Program-made: the position numbers and the translations under genes
In this document: positions 10,639 to 19,410 of the stretch, in pieces
Layout: each line of letters begins with the position of its first letter
Position numbering within the stretch: position 1 is the stretch's first letter
The notes under the pieces: generated by a model
Seen by the model: the letters and a program-made list of their open reading frames with translations, nothing else
The model's database searches: none
Told to the model about the DNA's origin: nothing
NCBI GenBank assembly: GCA_050013915.1
Contig: JBEKEI010000011.1
Location: 73 to 64,072, forward strand
Direction of reading: 5' to 3'
DNA from: Roseiarcus sp.
GTDB lineage: Bacteria > Pseudomonadota > Alphaproteobacteria > Rhizobiales > Beijerinckiaceae
DNA length: 64,000 nt

Positions 10639-11771
10639 AAGCCGCCCGGGTCGCCTTCCGCATCATCAGTGAATCCACGATTCCGCCATTCCGCGGCGAC
10701 CTCCGGGTCGGGCTCCCGCGCGCGGTGGGTTTGCGCCAGTCCGGCGAAGCGCTGCGCGTCGCACAACCTGGCCAACGCCCACACGGCCATGGCGCGCACC
10801 AGCGGCGAGCGATGCCCGAGCCGCGCCAGCGCGAGCGGCGCGAGTTCGGTGTCGCCGGAATTGCCGATCGCAATCAGCACGTTGCGGAGAAAGCGGGCAT
10901 GGCCGAGGCGCCTGATCGGCCCGCCCGCGAATTTCTTCCTGAAGCCGGCCTCGTCGAGCGCGGCGAGTTCGCGCAACGGCGGCGCCAGGAGATCGTCGCG
11001 CGCGACCAGCCTCGCCTCGCGCGTCTGGGCGGCGAATTTGTTCCAGGGGCAAACCGCCAGGCAGTCGTCGCAACCGTAGATCCGGTTGCCGATCGGGACG
11101 CGGAACTCCGCAGCGATGTGCCCCTGATGCTCGATGGTGAGATAGGCGATGCAGCGGCGCGCGTCGAGACGATAGGGGGCGGGGAACGCCTTGGTCGGGC
11201 AAATGTCGAGACAGGCGCGGCAGGCGCCGCAATGATCGGCCTCCGGCGCGTCCGCCGGAAGGTCGCGATCGGTGAAGATCGCGCCGAGGAACAGCCAGGA
11301 GCCGAACCGGCGCGAGACGAGATTGGTGTGCTTGCCCTGCCAGCCTAGCCCGGCCAGCGCGGCGAGCGGCTTTTCCATCACCGGCGCGGTGTCGACGAAG
11401 ACCTTGACCCGCGCCCGCGAAGGGCTCGCGGCGGCGATCCAGCCCGCCAGCTGTTTCAGGCGGCCCTTCATGACGTCGTGATAGTCCCGGTTGCGCGCGT
11501 AGACCGAGACGGCGCCGCCGTCGCGGACTTCGAGCGCGGCGCGCGGATCGACGCCCGGGCCGTAGTTGACCCCGAGCATGACGATGCTGCGGACCTCGCT
11601 CCAGAGGACGCGCGGATCGGCGCGCCGCTCGAGCGTCGAGGCCATCCAGTCCATGTCGCCGTGCTCGCCGTGCGCGACCCAGCGGGCGAGGGTCTCGCCC
11701 GCGCCGGGCGGCAGGTCGGGTCCGGCGATTCCGCACGAATCAAACCCCAATGCGAGCGCCCGGGCCCGCAG
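10635..11771 (-). CDS. queG: tRNA epoxyqueuosine(34) reductase
   Basis: ALALGFDSCGIAG..., two 4Fe-4S motifs (CGACRACLDICPT, CDDCLAVCPWN) and C-terminal HEAT-like repeats. The start is uncertain: no ATG or GTG near the expected N-terminus, so CTG or TTG around 11750-11771. The ORF is open to 11933 but would overlap the GST gene. Confidence 0.8.
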   Translation of the reverse strand: MRARALALGFDSCGIAGPDLPPGAGETLARWVAHGEHGDMDWMASTLERRADPRVLWSEVRSIVMLGVNYGPGVDPRAALEVRDGGAVSVYARNRDYHDVMKGRLKQLAGWIAAASPSRARVKVFVDTAPVMEKPLAALAGLGWQGKHTNLVSRRFGSWLFLGAIFTDRDLPADAPEADHCGACRACLDICPTKAFPAPYRLDARRCIAYLTIEHQGHIAAEFRVPIGNRIYGCDDCLAVCPWNKFAAQTREARLVARDDLLAPPLRELAALDEAGFRKKFAGGPIRRLGHARFLRNVLIAIGNSGDTELAPLALARLGHRSPLVRAMAVWALARLCDAQRFAGLAQTHRAREPDPEVAAEWRNRGFTDDAEGDPGGF

Positions 11772-11776
11772 TGCGG

Positions 11777-12469
11777 CTAGAAATCGAGATTGGCGTAGGT
11801 CGCGACCGGGCTCATCCCGGTCACCCGGTCGGCGAGCAGCGGGCGAAACGACGGGCGTGATTTCACCCGCGCGTACCAGGTCTTGGCCGTTTCGTCCTCG
11901 CCCCATGGCACGTCGCCCAGATAGTCGATGCACGACAGATGGGCGGCGGCCGCCAGATCCGCGTAGCTGAGCCGGTCGCCGGCGAGCCAGTTCCGCGCGC
12001 CGATGAGATGCCCGATGTAGCGCAGATGATAGCGCACGTTCGCCCGCGCCGCGCGAATCGCCTCCATGTCGGGAGCGCCGCCGCCCAGATTGGCCGGCAT
12101 GAATCGCTTGGTGATCTTCTCGGCGACGAGCCAGTTCGAGACCTCGTTGAAGAACTTGACGTTGAACCAGCCCATCAACCGGCGCACCTCGACGCGGCCG
12201 AGCGGATCGTCGGGCATCAGCCGCCGGTCGCCGAGGCCCAGCCCGCGGGTCTCATCGAGAAACTCGGCGATCACCCCGGCGCCGGGCACGCTCGGCGCCG
12301 CGACGTCGACCAGCACCGGCGTGGTCCCGTCGGGGTTCAGTTTGAGGAAATCGCGCCGACGCTCCCAGGCATGTTCGACCACGAGTTCGGGCTCGATGCC
12401 GAATTCGCCGAGCGCGAGCCGCACGAAGCGCGAATGCGGGCAGAACGGATGGTGGTGGAGCGTGACCAT
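11777..12469 (-). CDS. glutathione S-transferase family protein
   Basis: 230 aa. MVTLHHHPFCPHSRFVRLALGEFGIEPELV...LNPDGTTPVLVD. Confidence 0.8.
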   Translation of the reverse strand: MVTLHHHPFCPHSRFVRLALGEFGIEPELVVEHAWERRRDFLKLNPDGTTPVLVDVAAPSVPGAGVIAEFLDETRGLGLGDRRLMPDDPLGRVEVRRLMGWFNVKFFNEVSNWLVAEKITKRFMPANLGGGAPDMEAIRAARANVRYHLRYIGHLIGARNWLAGDRLSYADLAAAAHLSCIDYLGDVPWGEDETAKTWYARVKSRPSFRPLLADRVTGMSPVATYANLDF

Positions 12470-12588
12470 GCGGAGCGGGGCGACCTGAATGCGGAGCGAC
12501 GGGGTCTGGCGGCGGGACGCCGGGCCCGCGGCGCGCCGCGGTTCCGCCGCGGGCGCCGGGTCCCGGTCGTCACTTGGCGCGGGTCCGG

Positions 12589-12603
12589 TTAACCCTCGGT
12601 TAA
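12589..12603. promoter_or_regulatory. CtrA-box-like motif TTAA-N7-TTAA
   Basis: TTAACCCTCGGTTAA lies about 120 nt upstream of the GST start. This 8-base all-AT core should be rare in such GC-rich DNA. Motif match only. Confidence 0.2.
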
Positions 12604-12628
12604 GAGACGCGGCGGCGGGATCCGCCGG

Positions 12629-13270
12629 TCAGCCGAGCAACTCGCGCGACTGGATGCGCACGACCTGCGCCGCGTCCATCCGCGCCCAGGCGAGTTCGAG
12701 CGAATCGTTGGCGTCGATGGCCCGGCAGGCGTCGTCGATCACGAAAGTCTCGAAACCGCGCAGCCGTGCGTCGAGCGCCGAGCTGGCGACGCAGAAATCG
12801 GTGGCGAGGCCACAGGCGAAGACGCGATCGATCTTCCTCTCGCCGAGAAAGCCGGCAAGGCCGGTCGGCGTCTTGCCGTCGGCCTCGACGAAGGCCGAAT
12901 AGCAATCGATCGCGCCCCGATAGCCCTTGCGCAGGATCAGCGTCGCCCGGTCGGCGGCGAGGCCGTCGTGGAGTTCGGCGCCGGGACTGCCCTGCAAGCA
13001 ATGGTCGGGCCACAGCGTCTGGTCGCCGTGGGGCGTCTCGATCGTCTCGAACGGCTTTGCGCCTGGATGCGACGACGCGAAGGACGCGTGGCCGACCGGA
13101 TGCCAGTCCTGGGTCAGGACGACGTTGACGAAGCGCTCGGCGAGACGGTTGATCAGGGGGACGATCGCGTCGCCGTCGGCGACCGGCAGCGCGCCGCCCG
13201 GCATGAAATCGTTCTGCACGTCGATGACGAGGAGGACGTCATGCTCGTCGACGCTGATGATTCCCGCCAT
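12629..13270 (-). CDS. pncA: nicotinamidase/pyrazinamidase (isochorismatase family)
   Basis: 213 aa. LLVIDVQNDFMPGGALPV...TQDWHP.GH.SF...ACGLATDFCV. Confidence 0.8.
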   Translation of the reverse strand: MAGIISVDEHDVLLVIDVQNDFMPGGALPVADGDAIVPLINRLAERFVNVVLTQDWHPVGHASFASSHPGAKPFETIETPHGDQTLWPDHCLQGSPGAELHDGLAADRATLILRKGYRGAIDCYSAFVEADGKTPTGLAGFLGERKIDRVFACGLATDFCVASSALDARLRGFETFVIDDACRAIDANDSLELAWARMDAAQVVRIQSRELLG

Positions 13271-13276
13271 GAAGCC

Positions 13277-14218
13277 TCACAATCTCGCGCGCAGCAGATC
13301 GGCGATCCGTCGGCGCTCGAACAGCACGACCACGACCAGCGCGAACACGAGCGGCATAATAAGATAAAGGAGCCGGAACACAATCAGCGCCGCGAGCACC
13401 TGCGCGGTCGGCGCGTCGGGCATCGCCTTGATGAAGGCGAATTCGAGCACGCCCAGCCCGCCCGGCGCATGGCTGATCAGCGCGATCGAGAACGAGGCGA
13501 GAAAGATGCCGAGCACGATCAGGAAGCCCGGATTGCCGGTGCTCGGCAGCGCGAAATAGATGATCCCCGCCGCGCCGATCAGCTCGAGCGGGGCCGCGCA
13601 CATCTGACGCGCCGCGATCGGCGGGCGCGGGTAGACGAGCGCGAAGCGGCCGATCCTCAATGGGCGGAAATGCAGCAGCGAGCCGACGATGTAGAGGGCG
13701 ACCAGCCCCAGCATCGCCAAGCCGACGGCCCGGCCGAGCCAGTCCGGCGCCGGCGTCCAGCGCTCGACGATGTCCGGCTCGAGGATCAGCACGCCGCCGC
13801 CGAGCAGCACCGTGCCGAGGAAAAAGGTGAACGAGCAGAACGCGACGAGCAGGCCGACCTCGCCCATGCCGAGACCCTTGGTCGAATAGGCGCGGTAGCG
13901 CACGACGGCGCCGGAGAACACCGAGGCGCCGATGTTGTGCGAGAGCGCGTAGGTGGTGAACGAGGTCAGCGAGATGAAGGGCCACGACAGGCGGCGGCCG
14001 AGATGGGCGAGGCCGATCCGGTCATACCAGGCGAGCGCACCATAGGCGACGAAGGTCGAGACGAGGGCGGCGCCCCAATGCGCCAGGGGAATGGCGGCGA
14101 GGCTGGCGGCGACTTCGGCGAGCGACAGACCGCGCAATTCCCGAAACAACAACCACGACGAAAACGCCACCGCGCCGAGCCCGATCGCCGGCCAGGCGAA
14201 ATCCATCACGCGCTTCAT
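13277..14218 (-). CDS. UPF0104 / lysyl-phosphatidylglycerol-synthase-TM-like flippase-like membrane protein
   Basis: 313-aa polytopic ORF. WYDRIGLAHLGRRLSWPFISLTSFTTYALSHNIGASVFSGAVVRYRAYS. Confidence 0.7.
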   Translation of the reverse strand: MKRVMDFAWPAIGLGAVAFSSWLLFRELRGLSLAEVAASLAAIPLAHWGAALVSTFVAYGALAWYDRIGLAHLGRRLSWPFISLTSFTTYALSHNIGASVFSGAVVRYRAYSTKGLGMGEVGLLVAFCSFTFFLGTVLLGGGVLILEPDIVERWTPAPDWLGRAVGLAMLGLVALYIVGSLLHFRPLRIGRFALVYPRPPIAARQMCAAPLELIGAAGIIYFALPSTGNPGFLIVLGIFLASFSIALISHAPGGLGVLEFAFIKAMPDAPTAQVLAALIVFRLLYLIMPLVFALVVVVLFERRRIADLLRARL

Positions 14219-14444
14219 CGATTCCGCCGGTTGTCGCCTGTGCCCCGCCTTCCCTGCACGACCCGCCCGGCAAGAGCAAGCCCGGCCGCCCTCGCGAGCG
14301 CGACCGTCCCGGCCGCCTCTCCCCGAGGCCGCCCGAGCCGGACGAACTGCGTGCGGGACGCCCCGGTCCTGGGCGCTCCCGACCTGTTGCGGCGTGGCGC
14401 GGAGGCGGGCATTCTCGCCGACGAAACGAAGCGGCGGAACCGAG

Positions 14445-15407
14445 ATGCAGGACGGCGAGCAGGAGAGCGGCGGGACGCAGGACTATGTCGGCGACCTCAG
14501 GAACGATTCGGTGCTGATCAGCCTCGACGGCGCGCTGACGCCGCGCGACGAGGCCAGGGTCTCGGTGTTCGATTCCGGCTTCGTGCTCGGCGACGGCGTC
14601 TGGGAGGGCTTGCGGCTCGTCGAGGGCCGGATCGCGTTCCTCGACCGGCATTTCGACCGCCTGTGGGACGGCGCCAGAATGCTGCGGATCGACATCGGAC
14701 TCTCGCGCGCCGCACTCGCCGCGCGGCTGTTCGACGTCCTCGAGGCCAATGACATGGACGACGGCGTCCATGTCAGGCTGATGGTGACGCGCGGCCGGAA
14801 GCGATCGCCCTACCAGGACCCGCGGCTGACGGTCGGCGGCGCGACGGTCGTCATCATCCCGGAATGGAAGCTGCCGCGCCCCGAAATGCGCGCGCGCGGG
14901 CTGAAGCTGTTCACCGTCCACATCCGCCGCACCGGCCCGGCCGAGCAGGACCAGAAGCTCAATTCGCACAGCAAGCTCAATTGCATCCTCGCCTGCATCC
15001 AGGCGATCGAGGCGGGCGCCGACGAGGCGCTGATGCTCGACGACCGCGGCTTCGTGGCGACATGCAACTCCACGCATTTCTTCATCGTCCGCAAGGGCGA
15101 GATCTGGACCTCGGGCGGCGGCTTCTGCCTCGCCGGCATCACCCGCGACGCGGTGCTGCGCGCGGCGCGGCGGGCCGGCATTCCCGCCTGCGAGCGCGAC
15201 TTCTCGCTGTTCGACGTCTATGGCGCCGACGAGGCCTTCGTCACCGGCACCTTCGCCGGCCTGACCCCGGTCGTGCGCGTCGACGGCCGCCCGATCGGCG
15301 AGCCGGGGCCGCATGACGCGGCCGACGCCTCGGGACCGATGACCCGACGTCTGCGCGGGCTCTACAAGGCGCTCGAGGCCGAGGAAGCGCAGGGGCGCCC
15401 GCGATGA
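14445..15407 (+). CDS. class IV (branched-chain/D-amino-acid) aminotransferase
   Basis: From ATG 14445. SVFDSGFVLGDGVWEGLRLVEGRIAFLDRHFDRL...KLNSHSKLNCILA...GITR... Confidence 0.8.
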   Translation: MQDGEQESGGTQDYVGDLRNDSVLISLDGALTPRDEARVSVFDSGFVLGDGVWEGLRLVEGRIAFLDRHFDRLWDGARMLRIDIGLSRAALAARLFDVLEANDMDDGVHVRLMVTRGRKRSPYQDPRLTVGGATVVIIPEWKLPRPEMRARGLKLFTVHIRRTGPAEQDQKLNSHSKLNCILACIQAIEAGADEALMLDDRGFVATCNSTHFFIVRKGEIWTSGGGFCLAGITRDAVLRAARRAGIPACERDFSLFDVYGADEAFVTGTFAGLTPVVRVDGRPIGEPGPHDAADASGPMTRRLRGLYKALEAEEAQGRPR

Positions 15408-16144
15408 ATGCTCCCGTCCGCATCGCGATGTGGTCCGGCCCGCGCAACATCTCGACCGCGATGATGCGCGCCTTCGGCGCCCGCGCCGACTGCGCGGTCA
15501 GCGACGAGCCGTTCTACGCCGCCTATCTCGAAGCGACCGGCCTCGACCATCCCCTGCGCGCCGAGGTGATCGCCGCCCAGCCGACCGACTGGCGCGCCGT
15601 CGCCGCGGCGCTGACCGGCCCGGTTCCCGGCGGTCGCGCGGTCTGGTACCAGAAACACATGACCCACCACATGCTCGCGGGATTCGGCCGCGAGTGGACC
15701 GACGGCCTCGTCAACGCCTTCCTGATCCGTGCGCCCGAGGCGGTGCTCGCCTCCTATGCGCGCAAGCGCCGCGATTTCACGCTGGCCGAGATCGGGCTGC
15801 CGGCCCAGCTCGCGCTGTTCGAACGCGCCGCCGACCGGCTCGGCCGCGCCCCGCCGGTGCTCGAAGGCGCCCAGGTGCTCGCCGACCCGCCCGGCGCCCT
15901 GGGCGCGCTGTGCGCGGCGTGCGGGCTCGCTTTCGACCCCGCGATGCTGTCGTGGCCGCCGGGCCGGCGCGAGACCGACGGCGTCTGGGCGCCCGCCTGG
16001 TACGAGGCGGTCGAGCGCTCGACCGGCTTCGGGCCGCCCGAAAGCGGGGCCCGGCTCGAGGATCTCCCGGATTCGCTGAGGCGCCTCGCCGACGCGGCGC
16101 AGCCGTACTATGAACGGCTCGCCCGCCACCGCCTGCCGACCTGA
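15404..16144 (+). CDS. sulfotransferase-like P-loop protein, function unknown
   Basis: 246 aa. The ATG overlaps the aminotransferase stop (ATGA). The N-terminal IAMWSGPRNISTAMMRAF resembles a PAPS-binding loop. Family call is tentative. Confidence 0.5.
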   Translation: MNAPVRIAMWSGPRNISTAMMRAFGARADCAVSDEPFYAAYLEATGLDHPLRAEVIAAQPTDWRAVAAALTGPVPGGRAVWYQKHMTHHMLAGFGREWTDGLVNAFLIRAPEAVLASYARKRRDFTLAEIGLPAQLALFERAADRLGRAPPVLEGAQVLADPPGALGALCAACGLAFDPAMLSWPPGRRETDGVWAPAWYEAVERSTGFGPPESGARLEDLPDSLRRLADAAQPYYERLARHRLPT

Positions 16145-16201
16145 CCCGGCGGCGGGCGCGAAACAATCTGGTCCGGTCGCGCCCCGCCGCCCCTGCCCGG
16201 T

Positions 16202-16940
16202 TCAGGCCCGCGGCGCCTCGACGTGGGGCGCCGCGGCGCCATTGGCGCGCGTCGGCTTGCCCGCCTTGTCGAGGATTTCGAGAAACGGCTTCATGATGTC
16301 GATCGGCATCGGGAAGACGACGGTCGAATTCTGCTCGGCGCCGATCTCGGCGAGGGTCTGCAGGTAGCGCAGCTGCATCGCGGCGGGGATGCTGCCGAGG
16401 ATCTGCGCGGCGTCGACGAGGGTCTGGGCGGCCTGGAATTCGGCCTCGGCGTGGATCACCTTGGCGCGGCGGTCGCGCTCGGCTTCGGCCTGCTTGGCGA
16501 TCGCGCGCACCATGTTTTCGGTGAGTTCGACCGTCCTGATCTCGACATTGCTGACCTTGATGCCCCAGGTCTCGGTCTGGGCGTCGAGGATGCTCTGCAC
16601 GTCGGCGCTGAGCTTCTTGCGCTCGGACAGCATTTCGTCGAGCTCGTGCTGGCCGAGCACCGCGCGCAGAGAGCACGGCGTCGACCTTCATCGAGACATT
16701 GTCGCGCGAGATCACGTCCTGGCTCGGGATTTCGATCACTTTGATGCGCAGATCGACGCGCACCATCTCCTGGATGAACGGCACGAGCAGGACGAGGCCC
16801 GGTCCCTTCACGCGCTGGAAGCGGCCGAGCGTGAACACCACCGCGCGCTCATATTCGCGCAGGATGCGGACCGAGGCGGCGAGCAGGACGACGAGGACGA
16901 CCCCGGCGAGCGGCAGGAAATAGAGTTCGACGGACAGCAT
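16202..16940 (-). pseudogene. SPFH/band-7 (stomatin-like) protein, internal deletion plus frameshift
   Basis: The N-terminal 87 aa (MLSVELYFLPLAG...[15 protein letters not shown]) are in one frame. The C-terminal 152 aa ([21 protein letters not shown]...) are in the +1 frame. About 30 aa normally lying between DAVL and LRAVLG are absent. Confidence 0.7.
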
Positions 16941-17242
16941 GGCGTCGCAACCTTCCTGGCTTCGTCCGGGCCCGGCGAGGCCGTGCCCGATCGCGGGCCC
17001 AGCCCTCGCCCCTCCGGCCGGTCGCGCGCTGTTCGAGCGACGAACCGCCAGTTTCGGCCCTGGGGCCGGCGCGCGGCAGCCTCGGGATCTACTCCCGCCC
17101 CGTCGGCCGCAGGGCTGTCCGGGGATCGGACGCGAGGGATTCAGACGGCTCGAACAGCCGGCGCCGCTTCTCGATCCCGGCGCGTCGGCGCCCGCCCCGC
17201 CGCGCCCGACGTCGCCCGTCTTTCTCTTTTACAGAAATTTGC

Positions 17243-17271
17243 TTGACTCCAGCCATTGCCCGGTCCATTAT
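17243..17271 (+). promoter_or_regulatory. sigma-70-like promoter TTGACT-N17-CATTAT
   Basis: -35 TTGACT at 17243-17248, 17-nt spacer, -10 CATTAT at 17266-17271. AAGGAG follows, then ATG 17322. Confidence 0.3.
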
Positions 17272-17321
17272 CGACGTAGGGCTGGAAGGGCGGTCCGAGC
17301 CAGGCGAACCAAAGGAGATTG

Positions 17322-17552
17322 ATGACTGCGCCCGGGCCCGCCGAAGACCCCAGGACGCGTAGCTCTCGAGTCGCCCCTTCCTTCAACGTCGAAGCGCCCT
17401 CCGAGGCGATCCTCGCGGTCGCCGACTTTGGTTCGTTCGCGGCGCCATTGGGTCTTGCTCCGGCGCTCATCGCCGCCGGCGCCTCGCAAGCGCGGGGCCC
17501 GCGGGGTCACAAGAAGCGTCCACTCGCTCGCAAGCCCTTGGAATCCCGATAA
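17322..17552 (+). CDS. small Arg-rich hypothetical protein, short paralog of the ORF at 63694
   Basis: 76 aa. The APSFNVEAPSEAILAVADFGSFAAPLGLAP block is shared with APSFNLEAPSEAVPAIAGLGSFGAPFGLVP at 63.85 kb. Many of the differences are synonymous. It has its own promoter-like and SD-like signals. Confidence 0.4.
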   Translation: MTAPGPAEDPRTRSSRVAPSFNVEAPSEAILAVADFGSFAAPLGLAPALIAAGASQARGPRGHKKRPLARKPLESR

Positions 17553-17573
17553 ATCTCATGAAGTCGGGACATA

Positions 17574-17648
17574 TTCCAAAACTTGCCAGAACTTTCCAGA
17601 AACCTTCCAGAGACTTCCAAAGATTGCCAAAAATTGCCAAAAATTTCC
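17574..17648. repeat. array of about 7 imperfect 10-11 bp repeats, T(T/G)CCA(A/G)A(A/G)A(C/T)
   Basis: ttccaaaac ttgccagaac tttccagaaac cttccagagac ttccaaagat tgccaaaaat tgccaaaaat ttcc. An AT-rich patch in GC-rich DNA, with period near one helical turn. Confidence 0.6.
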
Positions 17649-17816
17649 GCCGGCATCCGGGCATGGGCGACGCGCAGGGATGGCGGGCCGGTTGCGGCGA
17701 TGGGCTCGGCGGCGCGCCCGAAACGCGTCGCCTCTTGTCGCCTGGGCGGCTTCAGGTTAGCGATGCGCACTATTCTCCACAATCCATGCGGAGAAACAGA
17801 CCCGAAGGCTATCTCC

Positions 17817-18179
17817 ATGATCCGGGCCCTTGCAACGCTCGCCCTCCTCGTCTTCGCGACGGTCGCGAACGCCGACAGCCTGACGCTCGCCCCGCAGTAT
17901 GACGCCGCCGGCACGAATCCCGACGGCTCGAAATATACCGGAACGGTCGCGGTGCAGATCCTGTCCGACACGACCTTCGCGATCCAGTGGACGATCGAGG
18001 GCGCCGCCTACAAGGGCTTCGGCATGCGCCGCAACGACGCGCTGGCGGCGACCTACATGATCGGCGGCCAGCCGGGACTCGTCATCTACCACGTCGACCC
18101 CAAGGGCGGTCTCGACGGGCTCTGGGCCGTGCGGGGCGAGGACGGCAACGGGTCCGAGCGGTTGACGCCGCGCAATTGA
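17817..18179 (+). CDS. secreted hypothetical protein
   Basis: MIRALATLALLVFATVANA signal peptide followed by a beta-rich domain of about 100 aa. No family recognised. Confidence 0.6.
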   Translation: MIRALATLALLVFATVANADSLTLAPQYDAAGTNPDGSKYTGTVAVQILSDTTFAIQWTIEGAAYKGFGMRRNDALAATYMIGGQPGLVIYHVDPKGGLDGLWAVRGEDGNGSERLTPRN

Positions 18180-18406
18180 GTCGGCCGGCGACGGTCGGCG
18201 CCGCAGGCCCCGCGGCGCGGGCGCAAGCGTCGGGGCAATGAGCCTGCGGCGATCGAGCCTGCGCGGAATTGCCGGAACGACGGTCCCGACTTGTGCCCGG
18301 GTGCGATCGGGCCGGGGGGCCGAGCGTCCCGGTCCAATCCGGTTAGCCAATCCTTCAGCTATTGCCTCTAGAACCTTGCATCTCATCAATGTCCTGGAGA
18401 CGCCCC

Positions 18407-19345
18407 GTGACCGCGACGCAATTCCGCCTGGTGACCCGCAGCGATTTCGATGGCCTCGTCTGCGGCGTGCTGCTCAAGGAAATCCGGATGATCGACGAGA
18501 TCGCTTTCGTTCACCCGAAGGACATGCAGGACGGCAAGGTTCCGATCTCCGCGCGCGACATCACCACCAACCTGCCCTATGTCGAGGGTTGCCACCTCGC
18601 CTTCGACCATCATTCCAGCGAGATCGAGCGCGGCGGCGGCAAGGCGCCGGCGAACCACGTCATCGATCCCGACGCCTTCTCGGCGGCGCGCGTCGTCTAT
18701 CGCTATTTCGGCGGGTCGCCGCGCTTTCCGCGCATCGGCGAGGACATCATGGCCGCGGTCGACAAGGCCGATTCCGCCCGGTTCTCGGTCGACGAAATCC
18801 TCCATCCCGAGGGCTGGCCGTTCCTCAACTTCCTCATGGATTCGCGCACCGGGCTCGGCCGCTTCCGCCAGTTCCGCATCTCCAACTACGAACTGATGAT
18901 GAAGCTCATCGACTTTTGCCGCAACCATACGGTCGAGGAGATCCTCGCCCTGCCCGACGTCCGCGAGCGCGTCGAACTCTACCGCCAGCACGAGGCCCCG
19001 TTTGGCGAGCAGGTGCGGCGCTGCGCGCGCGTCCACGGCGATCTCGTCACGCTCGACCTCCGCAAGGAGGAAATCATCTATGCGGGCAACCGCTTCATGA
19101 TCTACGCGCTGTTTCCTCAGTGCCGCGTCTCGATGCATGTCCTGTGGGGCGTCCGCCAGCAGAATACGGTGTTCGCGATCGGCAAGTCGATCGTCGACCG
19201 CTCGTCCTCTGTCGACGTCGGCGCGCTGTGCCTGACCTATGGCGGCGGCGGCCACGCGGCCGCGGGCACCTGTCAGGTCGAAAACGACCGCGCCGACACG
19301 GTGATGAGCGAACTGATCGGCAAGCTCGACACCTCCGCGCGCTGA
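18407..19345 (+). CDS. DHH-family phosphoesterase (exopolyphosphatase/nanoRNase-like)
   Basis: (V)TATQFRLVTRSDFDGLVCGVLLKE...LAFDHHSSE...GGGGHAAAG. GTG 18407 is preceded by GGAGA. An alternative start is ATG 18389. Confidence 0.7.
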   Translation: MTATQFRLVTRSDFDGLVCGVLLKEIRMIDEIAFVHPKDMQDGKVPISARDITTNLPYVEGCHLAFDHHSSEIERGGGKAPANHVIDPDAFSAARVVYRYFGGSPRFPRIGEDIMAAVDKADSARFSVDEILHPEGWPFLNFLMDSRTGLGRFRQFRISNYELMMKLIDFCRNHTVEEILALPDVRERVELYRQHEAPFGEQVRRCARVHGDLVTLDLRKEEIIYAGNRFMIYALFPQCRVSMHVLWGVRQQNTVFAIGKSIVDRSSSVDVGALCLTYGGGGHAAAGTCQVENDRADTVMSELIGKLDTSAR

Positions 19346-19410
19346 CGAACCGTCTTCGCCGCCTGGGCCGCGCGCCTGGCGCGCCCCGACGGCGCATCGC
19401 CCCTTTGGCT

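Noticed and set aside
16940-17240. An NfeD-like partner gene upstream of the stomatin pseudogene.
   Set aside because: No ORF in this interval has membrane or OB-fold character. It holds only GC-rich short ORFs.
17770-17785. DnaA-box-like TTCTCCACA near the AT-rich decamer array, which might suggest a replication origin.
   Set aside because: It is a single one-mismatch box. There is no cluster of boxes, no DnaA, DnaN or hemE context, and no obvious AT-rich unwinding repeats of the oriC type.
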